Origin: an uncultured Acidobacteriota bacterium
GTDB taxonomy: Bacteria > Acidobacteriota > Vicinamibacteria > Vicinamibacterales > CAVVIG01
DNA length: 64,000 bases
NCBI GenBank assembly: GCA_963745875.1
Contig: CAVUZL010000014.1
Coordinates: forward strand, 449,203 to 513,202
Direction: 5' to 3'
Position numbers and translations under genes: made by a program. Under the pieces are notes generated by a model. It saw nothing but the letters and a program-made list of their open reading frames with translations, was not told the DNA's origin and searched no databases. Positions 1 to 8,868 of the stretch are shown piece by piece (the first letter of the stretch is position 1; every line of letters starts with the position of its first letter).

Positions 1-253
1 GCTTGGTCAAATGGTACGGCGGCCGGCCGCGCGGGAGTGTGGATCGCGATGGGAAGCGTTCAGTGGCCGCTCTCGTCCGCTGGTTCGCAAAATGATCCTG
101 ACACCGCGCCTGTGGGACCAGCCGGCGAGCATCTCGTGCGCAGCCCGTGCGTCGCGTAACGCCGCCCGACGGATGCGCTGCAGCGATCGAGCCGTGCTGT
201 GGTGAATTCGCCGGTCAGCTGTTGCCAACTCGCGTCAGAAAAGCTGGGAGGAT

Positions 254-676
254 TCAGCCTTCGTCAATACACAGTCGCTGGATAGTCGACAGCAGGTCTT
301 CGGACGCGAGTTTTGATACGAAGGCAGATGCTCCCGCCCCGAGGAACGCCTGGCTGGTCGCCTGATCGGCCATCGCCGTGAACATGATCACTTTCGTCGC
401 AGGGTTCACGCGCCTGATCTCGCGGCACGCCTCCAACGAGTCAACGTTCGGGAGGTTCACATCGAGCACGATCACGTCAGGCTGGAGTCGTTGCGCCGCC
501 TCCAGCAGTGCGCTGCCGTCTGCGACGCTGCCTACGATCTCGCAGTCCGGTGCGAGCAACCGTCTCACGGCTTTCACCATGTCGGGGTAGTCCTCTGCCA
601 GTAGGACGCGTGGACGCAAGGACAACCGGAACTCCATCGAGACCAAGGATCTGCTCGACGAGATCATGGCGGTCAA
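254..676 (-). CDS. single-domain response regulator (CheY-like receiver)
   Basis: ORF 254..676. Receiver motifs RVLLAEDYP, QPDVIVLDVNLPNVDS, KVIMFT and ASAFVSK, with no output domain. Same strand as the phytochrome kinase and 262 nt downstream of it. The true start may be the internal Met near 637. Confidence 0.85.
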   Translation of the reverse strand: MTAMISSSRSLVSMEFRLSLRPRVLLAEDYPDMVKAVRRLLAPDCEIVGSVADGSALLEAAQRLQPDVIVLDVNLPNVDSLEACREIRRVNPATKVIMFTAMADQATSQAFLGAGASAFVSKLASEDLLSTIQRLCIDEG

Positions 677-937
677 CCGTCACCGTCGACTTGCTTTCAG
701 AAAACACGGCGCTGCCGTTCTGTTGCGCCGCTCCAGTATGACATTTCGTGCCTGGCCGTCCGACGATGATCGGCGAGGCGGCCTGCTGGGCTGGTCCAAA
801 ACCCGCCGCTGAGAAGATGTCCTCGCGTCGCATCACCGACGATGATGCGCCGTCACGTACGGTCTAGGGCAGTCGGTCTTGGCTCCTTCGAGGCAAGGAG
901 CGTGCCCGCGACCGTGCCGCAGGCGAGCGTGAGCGGC

Positions 938-3160
938 TCAGTCGCCGCGGGGTTCGAGCGGCAACGTGAAGACGAAGGTCGCGCCATTGGGAGAAGACTC
1001 GGCCCACACGCGTCCGCCATGCGCCTCCACGATCCCCCGCGCGATGTAGAGCCCGAGGCCCGTTCCCTCTCCTTTCGATCCCCTGGGTCGCCAATAGCGA
1101 TCGAATATGTGCGCCAGATGTTCGGGAGCGATCCCGCGTCCGGTATCCTCAATCGTGACCGAGAGCACTCCGTCGCGCGACCGCGCGCGAAGTGTGATGG
1201 TCCCGCCCTCGGGGGTGAACTTGATCGAGTTGCCGAGCAGGTTCGAGAGCACCTGCGAGATGCGATGCGGGTCGGCGTGGATTTTCGGCGGATCGATCAG
1301 ATCGAGGACGAGGGAGATGTGCTTTGCGTCCGCCAGTGGTTGCGCGTCAGTCCGCGCCTCTTCGAGCAGATCGCGGCTCTCCACAGGCTGAACGTCGACC
1401 GGAAAGCTCTTCGCCCCGAGCCTCTCAAGCTCGAGAAGATCGTCAATCAGCGCCTTCATCCGCATCGTCGATCGTCGGATGAGCTCTACGGACTCACCCA
1501 ACGTGCGGGTGCGCTGGTCTTCGCTCTCCGGCAAGTGCCGCAAGAGGTGAGCGGCTTCGAGCAGAATCACGGAGAGTGGGTTCCCCAGGTCGTGGGACAC
1601 TACCGCGAGCATCTCATCGCGCGCGCGCACGGCGCGCTGTTCGCTCAAAAGACGACGCTGGAGATCCACTTCCGTAGCGCGCCGTTGCAACTCGTCGGCG
1701 GCCTCGAGATCGCTCGGAGTCCACGGACGCGAGCGGGCGCGTACCTCCTCCTTCCACAAAGCGAACGAATGGCGCGGCCGCAGCCGCTTGCCGGCCTCCG
1801 CATCAACGGGCTTGGTTGGATCGCCGCCCCAATTCACCGTCTGGATGACCTCCGGGCGGAACCACATCAGCCGCGTGTCGGGCAGCGCGAACGTGAGCAG
1901 ACCACTTGCGACTTCGCTCGCCGCGAGCGCCGGCGGAAAGTGGACCCCGAGTGAATCGGAAGAGAACGGCCTGAGATCGCCCCTCTCCTCGAGCCAGCGT
2001 GCGATCTCGCGGATGACGTCCGCCGGTGGAACGCCGCCGCACGTGACGGGCTCTCCATTCTCCACGACGGCGACCCCACCAGCGTCGACCAGATCCATCA
2101 GTGCCCTGGGCTGAGCGAGAAGCGCCGCGAGTACGCTCCCCGTGGCCTCCTTCATCGCGGAATGCAACGCGTCCTCAGTCGCTCTCCGTGATGCGCGCGA
2201 GACGATCAGTTCGCGATCCTCGAACGAGGCGATCTGAAGCGACGCCAGGCGGCCCATGAACTCGCATGCCGATCGCATCCGGTGCGAGACGCGCCGCGGA
2301 CCTGTGTGGTTCAAACAGCTGATGAGTCCCCACAGCTGATCGCGCACGATCAGCGAGATGCTCATCGACGCGCGCACGCCCATGTTCTTCATGTACTCAA
2401 TGTGAATCGGCGAGACGCTTCGGAGGATCGAGAAGCTAAGGTCGAGTGGGACTCCAGTATCTGGTCGCAGGGCCGGAACGATCCGCGAGGGCTTCTGGTC
2501 GGCGTCGAAGATGAGACGCAACCAGTTCTGGAGATAAAGCCGGCGTGCCTGCACCGGGATGTCGGACGCGGGATAGCGCAAGCCGAGGTACGGCTCGTGC
2601 ACTGCATCCCTCGATTCGGCGTCGACGGAGCCGCTGCCGTCCTCGTGGAATCGATAGAACATGACGCGCTCGAATCCGGTCGTTCGCCGCATCTCCTCCG
2701 TGATGATCGCGGCAAGCTCGTGTAGCGTGCTCGCGCGCTGCACGCGCAAGAGCGCCGCGCGAAACGGGTGATGGATCGAACTCTGGTCCGGAGTTTCTGG
2801 GTTTGGCTCGAGCTCCAGGATCGCGACGCCCTCATGACGGTGTACGATCCCGTCGAATCGCTTCCCGCCCGCGCTGAGACTTAGGGGGTTCGCGTCCTGC
2901 CAGCGCCGTTCGCGCAGCACCGAACGCACCTCTTCGGCGCCGGCCCGATCCACGATCTCTGAGAGCGGCCGGTCGAGGGCTTCGTCCACGCCCAACGAAA
3001 GATGATCGCTCACGTTGTCGCTGACCTGCGTGACCTTCAACCCCTCATTGAGCGCGAACAGCACACCGAAGGGCTGAATCGTCCCAGGTATGTGGATCGG
3101 CTCGCGATCGCAATCGTTCAGATCGACCACGGCACTCCCGCCCGGGCGACCGCCGCCCAT
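938..3160 (-). CDS. bphP: bacteriophytochrome sensor histidine kinase (PAS-GAF-PHY plus HisKA/HATPase)
   Basis: Biliverdin-Cys context DLNDCDREPIHIPGTIQPFGVL. GAF/PHY motifs IPVQARRLY, SPIHIEYMKNMGV and LWGLISCLNH. H-box VSHDLGNPLSVI and G-box GTGLGLYIARGIVEAHGGRV. The ORF is open to 3415, but those 85 extra codons are Arg-rich and overlap bphO. The ATG at 3160 places the Cys at residue 17. Confidence 0.93.
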   Translation of the reverse strand: MGGGRPGGSAVVDLNDCDREPIHIPGTIQPFGVLFALNEGLKVTQVSDNVSDHLSLGVDEALDRPLSEIVDRAGAEEVRSVLRERRWQDANPLSLSAGGKRFDGIVHRHEGVAILELEPNPETPDQSSIHHPFRAALLRVQRASTLHELAAIITEEMRRTTGFERVMFYRFHEDGSGSVDAESRDAVHEPYLGLRYPASDIPVQARRLYLQNWLRLIFDADQKPSRIVPALRPDTGVPLDLSFSILRSVSPIHIEYMKNMGVRASMSISLIVRDQLWGLISCLNHTGPRRVSHRMRSACEFMGRLASLQIASFEDRELIVSRASRRATEDALHSAMKEATGSVLAALLAQPRALMDLVDAGGVAVVENGEPVTCGGVPPADVIREIARWLEERGDLRPFSSDSLGVHFPPALAASEVASGLLTFALPDTRLMWFRPEVIQTVNWGGDPTKPVDAEAGKRLRPRHSFALWKEEVRARSRPWTPSDLEAADELQRRATEVDLQRRLLSEQRAVRARDEMLAVVSHDLGNPLSVILLEAAHLLRHLPESEDQRTRTLGESVELIRRSTMRMKALIDDLLELERLGAKSFPVDVQPVESRDLLEEARTDAQPLADAKHISLVLDLIDPPKIHADPHRISQVLSNLLGNSIKFTPEGGTITLRARSRDGVLSVTIEDTGRGIAPEHLAHIFDRYWRPRGSKGEGTGLGLYIARGIVEAHGGRVWAESSPNGATFVFTLPLEPRGD

Positions 3161-3744
3161 CGCGCGAAGGCATCGAAGGTCGCCGTCGCGGCACTGATGA
3201 TCTTTGTGGTTGATGCGCCTGCGCGCGGCAGTCCATCGATCCATGCGACGATGAGGGTCCACCTCGGAAGCGTTGACTCCTCGTCGCCGGCGAAGAATGC
3301 CGCACCGCTCCGTTTCGTCAGGCCGAGTCGCCGGTGCAACAGCGGGCTGAGGACCTGTCCGCCGAGACAGGCGCCTTCGAGCACGTAAAGACAGCCGGCA
3401 AGATCCTCGACGCATGACAGCTCAGGTCGGTCGCTACATAGTGGGAGTGCGGCGATATCCGCCGGAGACTGGCCGAGCGCCAGGAGATCGCGCTCGATGA
3501 GCTCGGCGCGAGCCCGCAACGGAAACCCGAGCGGCAATTCCGCGGCCGCGCGTCGCCTCACGGCGGCCTCGACGGGGACGTAGAAGCCGTAGAACGCCTC
3601 GAGCACGCGGAGATACCTGTGCACGTCGAGGCCGGGATTGAGCAGCCCGAGCTGGGCCTCGAGCTGCTGATGTACGGCAGTGGTCTCTCGCTTCAAGCGC
3701 TGCCGCAATGAAGTCTCGGTGAGCTCCGTCTCGGTCTTGGCCAT
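3118..3744 (-). CDS. bphO: heme oxygenase (biliverdin-forming, BphO type)
   Basis: Helical heme-oxygenase-like sequence (LRQRLKRETTAVHQQLE, YLRVLEAFYGFYVPVE) directly upstream of bphP. Start taken at ATG 3744 (MAKTETEL). The 3' end overlaps the chosen bphP start by 43 nt. Confidence 0.85.
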   Translation of the reverse strand: MAKTETELTETSLRQRLKRETTAVHQQLEAQLGLLNPGLDVHRYLRVLEAFYGFYVPVEAAVRRRAAAELPLGFPLRARAELIERDLLALGQSPADIAALPLCSDRPELSCVEDLAGCLYVLEGACLGGQVLSPLLHRRLGLTKRSGAAFFAGDEESTLPRWTLIVAWIDGLPRAGASTTKIISAATATFDAFARWAAVARAGVPWSI

Positions 3745-4089
3745 GTAGAGATAATGACGCAAAGAGCTCAATCCAGCTTCCGGTACATGATGTGTCCGCA
3801 TACCCTGGTCCTTGTCTCGTTAGGCTGCCGCCGAGCGCGAGGGGTCACCCGGTCGCGTCGAACCGGCCGGATCACGGGGCGGTGGAACCTGTCGTCGAAA
3901 GTGTTTGTGGACGACCAACGCGCAACACCATGGCCGCTGCGGCAGGATGTTCGTTACATGCGGCTGCGTGCTCCCGCGCGAAAGCACGCATTTCTGACTC
4001 GGATCAAAGGAGGCCCGTCTGGCCGGTCCTCAGGAACTGCTCAATGTGATGGTCGCTTACCGATGAACACCCTGACGCACGGCGGCAAG

Positions 4090-4109
4090 TGAGAATCAGA
4101 ACTGTGTAG
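4090..4109. repeat. direct repeat aactgtgta-ga-aactgtgta (period 11)
   Basis: Read directly: aactgtgta at 4090-4098 and again at 4101-4109, inside the long non-coding gap next to the tRNA-like relic. Confidence 0.8.
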
Positions 4110-4207
4110 AAACTGTGTAAGGCCGCCCTGAACCGCCGACAAATACCGACGTTTACTGGTTCGCATCGAGACGCATTCTGTGGCGGGAAGTCGTTGAATC
4201 GATTGCG

Positions 4208-4291
4208 CGGAGAGGTGTTTCGGTATCACTTGGTGGGCGTCGCCGGAATCGTTTTCCAAGCGTGCTCCTTCAACCACTCGGACATCTCTCC
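4208..4291 (-). pseudogene. tRNA-Ser(GGA)-like relic (intact 5' half, non-folding 3' half)
   Basis: Minus strand reads GGAGAGATGTCCGAGTGGTTGAAGGAGCACGCTTGGAAAACG.... This has a canonical acceptor 5' strand, a D-arm (TCC/GAGTGGTTGAA/GGA) and an anticodon loop TTGGAAA with anticodon GGA. The next 5 nt (ACGAT) cannot pair with CACGC, and I could not find a T-arm (GTTCRANNC). The segment ends in CTCTCC-G, which can pair with the 5' GGAGAG. Confidence 0.5.
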
Positions 4292-4340
4292 GTTGAGTCG
4301 AATCAACAGTTTAGCGGAACTGCTCGGAGGCGTCCAACCG

Positions 4341-4362
4341 GATTGTGAAGTGATTGTGAAGT
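4341..4362. repeat. perfect tandem duplication gattgtgaagt x2 (period 11)
   Basis: Read directly: gattgtgaagt at 4341-4351 and again at 4352-4362. It lies 50 nt from the 5' end of the tRNA-like relic. Confidence 0.85.
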
Positions 4363-4459
4363 GACGGGCTCATTGAACGGTCGCCGCGTCGTCCGCTGCC
4401 GACGCTAGCAATGTCGAACCCGAGTCGTGCGCTCTCGTGCAAACGGCGACACGCAGGAC

Positions 4460-5086
4460 TTAATTCCCAAGCGCCTGCGAACGCGCACGCGGTCGCCACG
4501 GGAGATAGGCGAGCATACCGCCAAGGAGCGCACAGACTCCGCAAGCGACCGGCGTCATCGCCATCCTTATCGCGCCCACTACCACGAACCACGTCGCAAG
4601 AACGACGACGACCGCGAGGGCAATGCGGGCAACCGAGTCCTTCCGACCGGGAACGACCGACACGCCCACACTGACAAACGCCGCCGCCATCAAGAAAAAC
4701 CCCACGTTCGTCCCGATCACCACACGATGAACGTCGTGGCCCGGGGCTACGTTGAAGCCGAGGATGAAACCGTCAAGCCTCACCACCGCGACTGCCGCGA
4801 GCATCGCCAACGGAAGTGCGGCACCCCCTCGAAGCGCGGGCATGCTGGTCGTCATAGTCGTCCTCTCTCGTAACGTGGTGTATAGCCAATCCCAACTGAC
4901 ATGCCGCATGAACGGCAGGAGAGCCGCGCTGCCTTCACGCTGCATCACATCTCGCGCACCCGTTCGGAACACGACCAGCATCTCGCGACGGTAGTCGCCT
5001 CGAAAGTCGGGCGGGTACGCCCACAGCATCAGACCGTAGACGCGACAGAGCCACCGCAGCCATTGGTCTTGCGAAGACGACAGCAT
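4460..5086 (-). CDS. PadR-coupled membrane protein (hypothetical)
   Basis: 208-aa ORF. Cytoplasmic N-terminus with YPPDFRGDYRREMLVVF, followed by several hydrophobic helices. Its ATG overlaps the PadR stop by 1 nt (TGATG at 5084-5088), which suggests translational coupling. Confidence 0.7.
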   Translation of the reverse strand: MLSSSQDQWLRWLCRVYGLMLWAYPPDFRGDYRREMLVVFRTGARDVMQREGSAALLPFMRHVSWDWLYTTLRERTTMTTSMPALRGGAALPLAMLAAVAVVRLDGFILGFNVAPGHDVHRVVIGTNVGFFLMAAAFVSVGVSVVPGRKDSVARIALAVVVVLATWFVVVGAIRMAMTPVACGVCALLGGMLAYLPWRPRARSQALGN

Positions 5087-5526
5087 CAGAGCCTCGTCCC
5101 CGCCAGCGCCAGATTCTTCCGAGAAAATAATCGTTTGCTTCGCGCTGCCGACACGGCGCTGGCAAGTCGGTCGGCTTCGGCTCTCAGCACGCCCGCACCG
5201 AACGTGGTGATGCGGTAGTACCGCCTGCGTTCATCGTCAAGTTCCGGGTCCGGGCGTTCGTCTGATTCCTCGACTAGTCGGGCAGACAGCATGCGCTTGA
5301 GACAGCCGTAGAGCGTGCCGGGACCGAGTTGCAGAGAACCGCCCGCGTCCGCCGCCACCTCCTGCATGAGGGCGTAGCCGTGCCGCTCACCGTCCGAGAG
5401 CGCGAGCAAGATGTGGAAGACAGCGGACCGCAGAACTTCGTCAGCTCGGAAAACGCGAGCGGGCCGCGTCGTGTACTTGTTACAAAAGACGGGCGCTGGT
5501 TGGCAGTTCGCAACGGTGTGATCCAC
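5086..5526 (-). CDS. PadR family transcriptional regulator
   Basis: Winged-helix PadR core HILLALSDGERHGYALMQEV ... GPGTLYGCLKRMLSARLVEE ... RRYYRITTFG. The N-terminal about 40 codons of the ORF are probably not translated, so the start is uncertain. Confidence 0.85.
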   Translation of the reverse strand: MDHTVANCQPAPVFCNKYTTRPARVFRADEVLRSAVFHILLALSDGERHGYALMQEVAADAGGSLQLGPGTLYGCLKRMLSARLVEESDERPDPELDDERRRYYRITTFGAGVLRAEADRLASAVSAARSKRLFSRKNLALAGTRL

Positions 5527-5699
5527 GGGGCGGATGACGCTTTTCGTCCCGAGTAGACACCTGGCGGACGATCATTCAAGCCTCCTCGTCGTCGCGCTCG
5601 ACGTCACCCTCCTCGCGGGAGCCGGTGCCGGGTCTCACGACCGGCGTTTCCGTGACGCCAAGTGTGCCGAGGTCAACTTGAGATATCTTCAGGCTTGTC

Positions 5700-6085
5700 G
5701 TGGCGCTCACGCCCGGGACTCGATTCGGCTCGTACGAAGTCGCCGCCCTGATCGGTACGGGCGGCATGGGCGAGGTCTACCGCGCGACCGACGTGAACCT
5801 TGGACGTCACGTCGCGATCAAGGTCCTGCCGCCGTCGTGGGAGCAGGACCCGGACCGGCTCGCGCGCTTCACGCGCGAGGCCAAGGCGCTCGCGTCGCTC
5901 AATCATCCCAACATCGCCATCGTCCACGACTTCGAACGAGCGGGCGACAGACGCGCGCTCGTGATGGAGCTCGTGGAGGGCCCCACGCTTGCCAGCGATT
6001 CCTCGCGCTGGTGCCGGCTCCAGCGCGCGGCGATGCCGGGTTCACAGTCCTCACGAACTGGCAGACGACGCTGAACGGCCGATAG
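5700..6085 (+). pseudogene. Ser/Thr protein kinase remnant (N-lobe only, internal deletion and frame change)
   Basis: Contains FGSYEVAALIGTGGMGEVYRATD ... HVAIKVL ... LNHPNIAIVHDF ... LVMELVEGPTLA, then the kinase sequence stops before the catalytic HRDLKP loop. A different frame ends with GFTVLTNWQTTLNGR*. This resembles the C-terminal tail of long kinases of this type, but I am relying on memory for that. Confidence 0.7.
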
Positions 6086-6395
6086 CGCTTCCCGCGAAGG
6101 ACGAATGACAATCACCAACAGGCTCTGTAGCGGGGCGACAGTCCCCAGATTTGTCCCCGTGACGCGCCAAGAACACGCTTCCACAGCCAACGCCAGCCAA
6201 GAGGTTCGATTGAGAAAGTAGACTTCGCTGTGCCGCAGGGGACCAGTTTCAAAAAGCCGCTTCCTGACGAGCCCGAGGCGCTCGAGTCTGTCAACGACCT
6301 TCTCGTATACTCTTCGCATCCTGCTTGACGTCGCCGTCGCGCATCCTCGTCAGCCGCGGGCGCTCCGGGCGAGTGGTGGCGACCTGTGCGGCGTC

Positions 6396-6707
6396 GTGTC
6401 GGACACCAAGTTCGGGCAGTGTGTGTTGACCAACAACTTCGATCCGGCGATTCTCAACGGGTGGGCTGTCCGGCAGATGAGGAATCTCATCGCGGGCTCG
6501 CGCAACTACGGATGTTGGTATCAGTACTTCAACGGCATCGACGCGACGCTCAACCTGCGTGCCGGGGGCTGCACGGTCATCGGCGGGACGAGCACGGGAC
6601 AGACCGTGGCCGACGGCGTACCGTGGCCGCGGCCCAATACCATCCTGACGCCTCGCTTTTTCCGGATTAGGTCGAGACTGATTTCTGACATGGCGGGCGC
6701 ATGCTGA
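6396..6707 (+). CDS. hypothetical protein, possibly a 3' fragment of an outer-membrane receptor
   Basis: 103-aa ORF with a GTG start. The tail WPRPNTILTPRFFRI loosely resembles receptor C-termini but lacks the terminal aromatic residue. It overlaps the start of the downstream kinase gene by 7 nt. Support is weak. Confidence 0.25.
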   Translation: MSDTKFGQCVLTNNFDPAILNGWAVRQMRNLIAGSRNYGCWYQYFNGIDATLNLRAGGCTVIGGTSTGQTVADGVPWPRPNTILTPRFFRIRSRLISDMAGAC

Positions 6708-8587
6708 CCGTGCGACGTGGCGTTCGGCGTCAAGCGTTGTTGGCAGTGGCCCTCGCGGCGTGCGCCCTCGCCCCTCTCGCGAGTGCGCAAGACGCCAACC
6801 GCTCGAAGCAGGTACTCGTCCTCAACTCGGCGCGCCCGAATGAGCAGTTCTACGTGGTCTCGGAGCGAGAGATGCCGCGGCTACTCACAGAAGGCCTCGG
6901 AGATGGTGTGGACTTGTACACCGAATACTTCGACGTTGGCAGGTTTCCGCATCCTGACTACGAGACTGTGTACCTCGACTTCCTGCGCCGGAAGTACAAG
7001 GAAAGGCGCCTGGACCTCATCCTCGTGATGGGAGACCCCGCTACGGATTTCGTCAGCAGAAATCGGGACGTCCTCTTCAGCGACACGCCTGTGGTGTTTT
7101 ATACGCTCTCCCGACCGCCCAACCCCATCGCCAATTCCACGGGATTGCTCAACAAGCTCCAGTTCGGCCCTTCAATCGCGCTCGCGCTGGCGCTGCAGCC
7201 CGATCTCGAACATGTCTACGTGGTGGTCGGTACGACCGGGCTGGACCCGAACCGCGAGAGCCAGGCGAGGGCAGAATTCCGCCCATACGAGGGCCGGGTC
7301 GAATTCACCTATCTCTCGGGACTGATGACGAAGGATCTCGAAACGCGACTCAGAACGTTGCCCCCGCACTCGGCGGTGTACTACGTGGTCGTGAGTAAGG
7401 ACGGCGCGGGCGAGCTCGTCCAGCAGATGCCCTACCTCTCCCGCGTCGCGGCCGCGGCCAACGCGCCGACTTACAGCTGGGCGGATATCGCCGTCGATGC
7501 GGGCATCGTCGGCGGCTGGCGCCGCGATCAGGTGGCCCAGATGAAGGCCATCGCCACGATCGCGCTTCGCGTGCTTCGTGGAGAGCGAGCCGACGACATA
7601 CCGATGTCCTCGCCAGACACGGATGTCGATGCGGTGGATTGGCGCCAGCTGCGCCGCTGGGGGCTCGACGAGTCGCGTCTGCCAGCGGGTACCCGCGTCA
7701 TGTTCCGGGAACCGAGCATCTGGGATCGATACCAACGCTACATCGTCGGCGCCGTCGTAGTGATGCTGGCCCAGGCGGCCCTTATTGCCGGCCTGCTCGT
7801 GCAGCGGCGCGCACGGCAGCGGGCCGAGATCGAGAGCCGAAGGAGTCTGGGGCTCGCCGCCGACGCCGGCCGCCGCCAGACGATGTCGGCCCTAGCCAAC
7901 TCGATTACCCATGAGCTCGGTCAACCGCTTAGTTCAATCATCCACAACGCCCAGGCGCTGCAGATGATGATCACGGCCAATCGGGCAACCTCCGAAACGA
8001 TCGGAGAGATTCTGTCAGACATCCAGACCCAGGGCGCCCAGGCGACCCACATCATCGATCGCCATCGGACCATGTTGCGGACTCGTCAGGTGGACATGAA
8101 ACCGATCGATCTTCACGCGATCATCAATGACAGCCTTGTCCTCGTCGACCACGAGGTAAGGACACGGCAAATCGCGGCAACCGTTCAGTTGTCTGCGAAT
8201 CCGTGCGTCGTGAACGGCGATCCGGTACTCCTGGAGCAGGTATTCGTCAATCTGATGATGAACGCGATGGACGCGATGGCCGAGATGCCGCCGTCCCGGC
8301 GCTACGTCACGATTAGAAGCGACGTCAGGGCTACCGATGTCGAGGTCTCGGTATGCGACACTGGCACGGGTCTCCCAGCACCGGTCAATGGCACGCTGTT
8401 CACACCATTCGTCACCACGAAATCGCACGGGCTCGGGATCGGCCTCACGATCGTGCGGACCATCGTCGACGCTCATGGTGGCACAATCGACGCGCGCAAC
8501 AATCCCGACGGTGGCGCGATCTTTAGCGTCACGTTGCCACGCAGCGACATCCGCGAAGGCGCGTCACTCGCGACAGGCGCAGCATGA
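6701..8587 (+). CDS. sensor histidine kinase with large periplasmic solute-binding-like domain
   Basis: Signal/TM segment ALLAVALAACALAPLASAQ and a periplasmic region of about 330 aa. This is followed by a TM segment (IVGAVVVMLAQAALIAGLLV), H-box ITHELGQPLSSI, N-box NLMMNAMDAM and G-box GLGIGLTIVRTIVDAHGGTI. Confidence 0.9.
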   Translation: MLTVRRGVRRQALLAVALAACALAPLASAQDANRSKQVLVLNSARPNEQFYVVSEREMPRLLTEGLGDGVDLYTEYFDVGRFPHPDYETVYLDFLRRKYKERRLDLILVMGDPATDFVSRNRDVLFSDTPVVFYTLSRPPNPIANSTGLLNKLQFGPSIALALALQPDLEHVYVVVGTTGLDPNRESQARAEFRPYEGRVEFTYLSGLMTKDLETRLRTLPPHSAVYYVVVSKDGAGELVQQMPYLSRVAAAANAPTYSWADIAVDAGIVGGWRRDQVAQMKAIATIALRVLRGERADDIPMSSPDTDVDAVDWRQLRRWGLDESRLPAGTRVMFREPSIWDRYQRYIVGAVVVMLAQAALIAGLLVQRRARQRAEIESRRSLGLAADAGRRQTMSALANSITHELGQPLSSIIHNAQALQMMITANRATSETIGEILSDIQTQGAQATHIIDRHRTMLRTRQVDMKPIDLHAIINDSLVLVDHEVRTRQIAATVQLSANPCVVNGDPVLLEQVFVNLMMNAMDAMAEMPPSRRYVTIRSDVRATDVEVSVCDTGTGLPAPVNGTLFTPFVTTKSHGLGIGLTIVRTIVDAHGGTIDARNNPDGGAIFSVTLPRSDIREGASLATGAA

Positions 8588-8868
8588 CGGATCTTGCGCC
8601 GGCCCCCTGACTGTGGTGCAGGTGCCATGAGCATGTCGAAGCCACCCCAAGTCGTTGGTCACCACACCACCGATTATCGTGATGACCGCCAGCCACGAAG
8701 CGGTCATCCGTACGGCGCGGAGCAGAACGGCTGCGTCGGATTTTTCTGGAAGCCAATCGACGGACATACACCGATCGCCACAATCAAATCGCTGACCGAC
8801 ATGCCGTAACCGAAACGACCCCGTCGCGCGTTGGCGCGCCATGCCCACATTGGTGGGAAGGCGACAAA

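Noticed and set aside
1-253. Coding sequence at the left edge: ORFs 7..228 minus and 11..205 plus, and a possible 3' end of a plus-strand gene stopping at 93-95
   Set aside because: Both closed ORFs are Arg-rich and mutually overlapping. The 31-codon edge fragment (…WYGGRPRGSVDRDGKRSVAALVRWFAK*) is too short to support.
842-1954. 370-aa plus-strand ORF antisense to bphP
   Set aside because: It lies entirely inside the well-supported phytochrome gene on the other strand. It is Arg/Glu/His-rich with no recognisable motifs, which is the typical GC-rich antisense artefact.
4208-4291. A functional tRNA-Ser gene
   Set aside because: The anticodon stem 3' strand does not pair (CACGC versus ACGAT), and I could not find a T-arm or a foldable variable arm. 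I therefore call it a relic, pending tRNAscan.
5903-6319. 138-aa minus-strand ORF whose first 30 residues look HTH-like (VYEKVVDRLERLGLVRKR)
   Set aside because: The remainder overlaps the kinase relic and has no motif. It may be another gene fragment, but I cannot support a call.
8564-8767. 68-aa minus-strand ORF with one hydrophobic segment (MSVDWLPEK...WLAVITIIGGVV...) between the kinase and the decayed receiver
   Set aside because: It overlaps the kinase 3' end, has no RBS, and has a Cys/Arg-rich tail. The evidence is insufficient.
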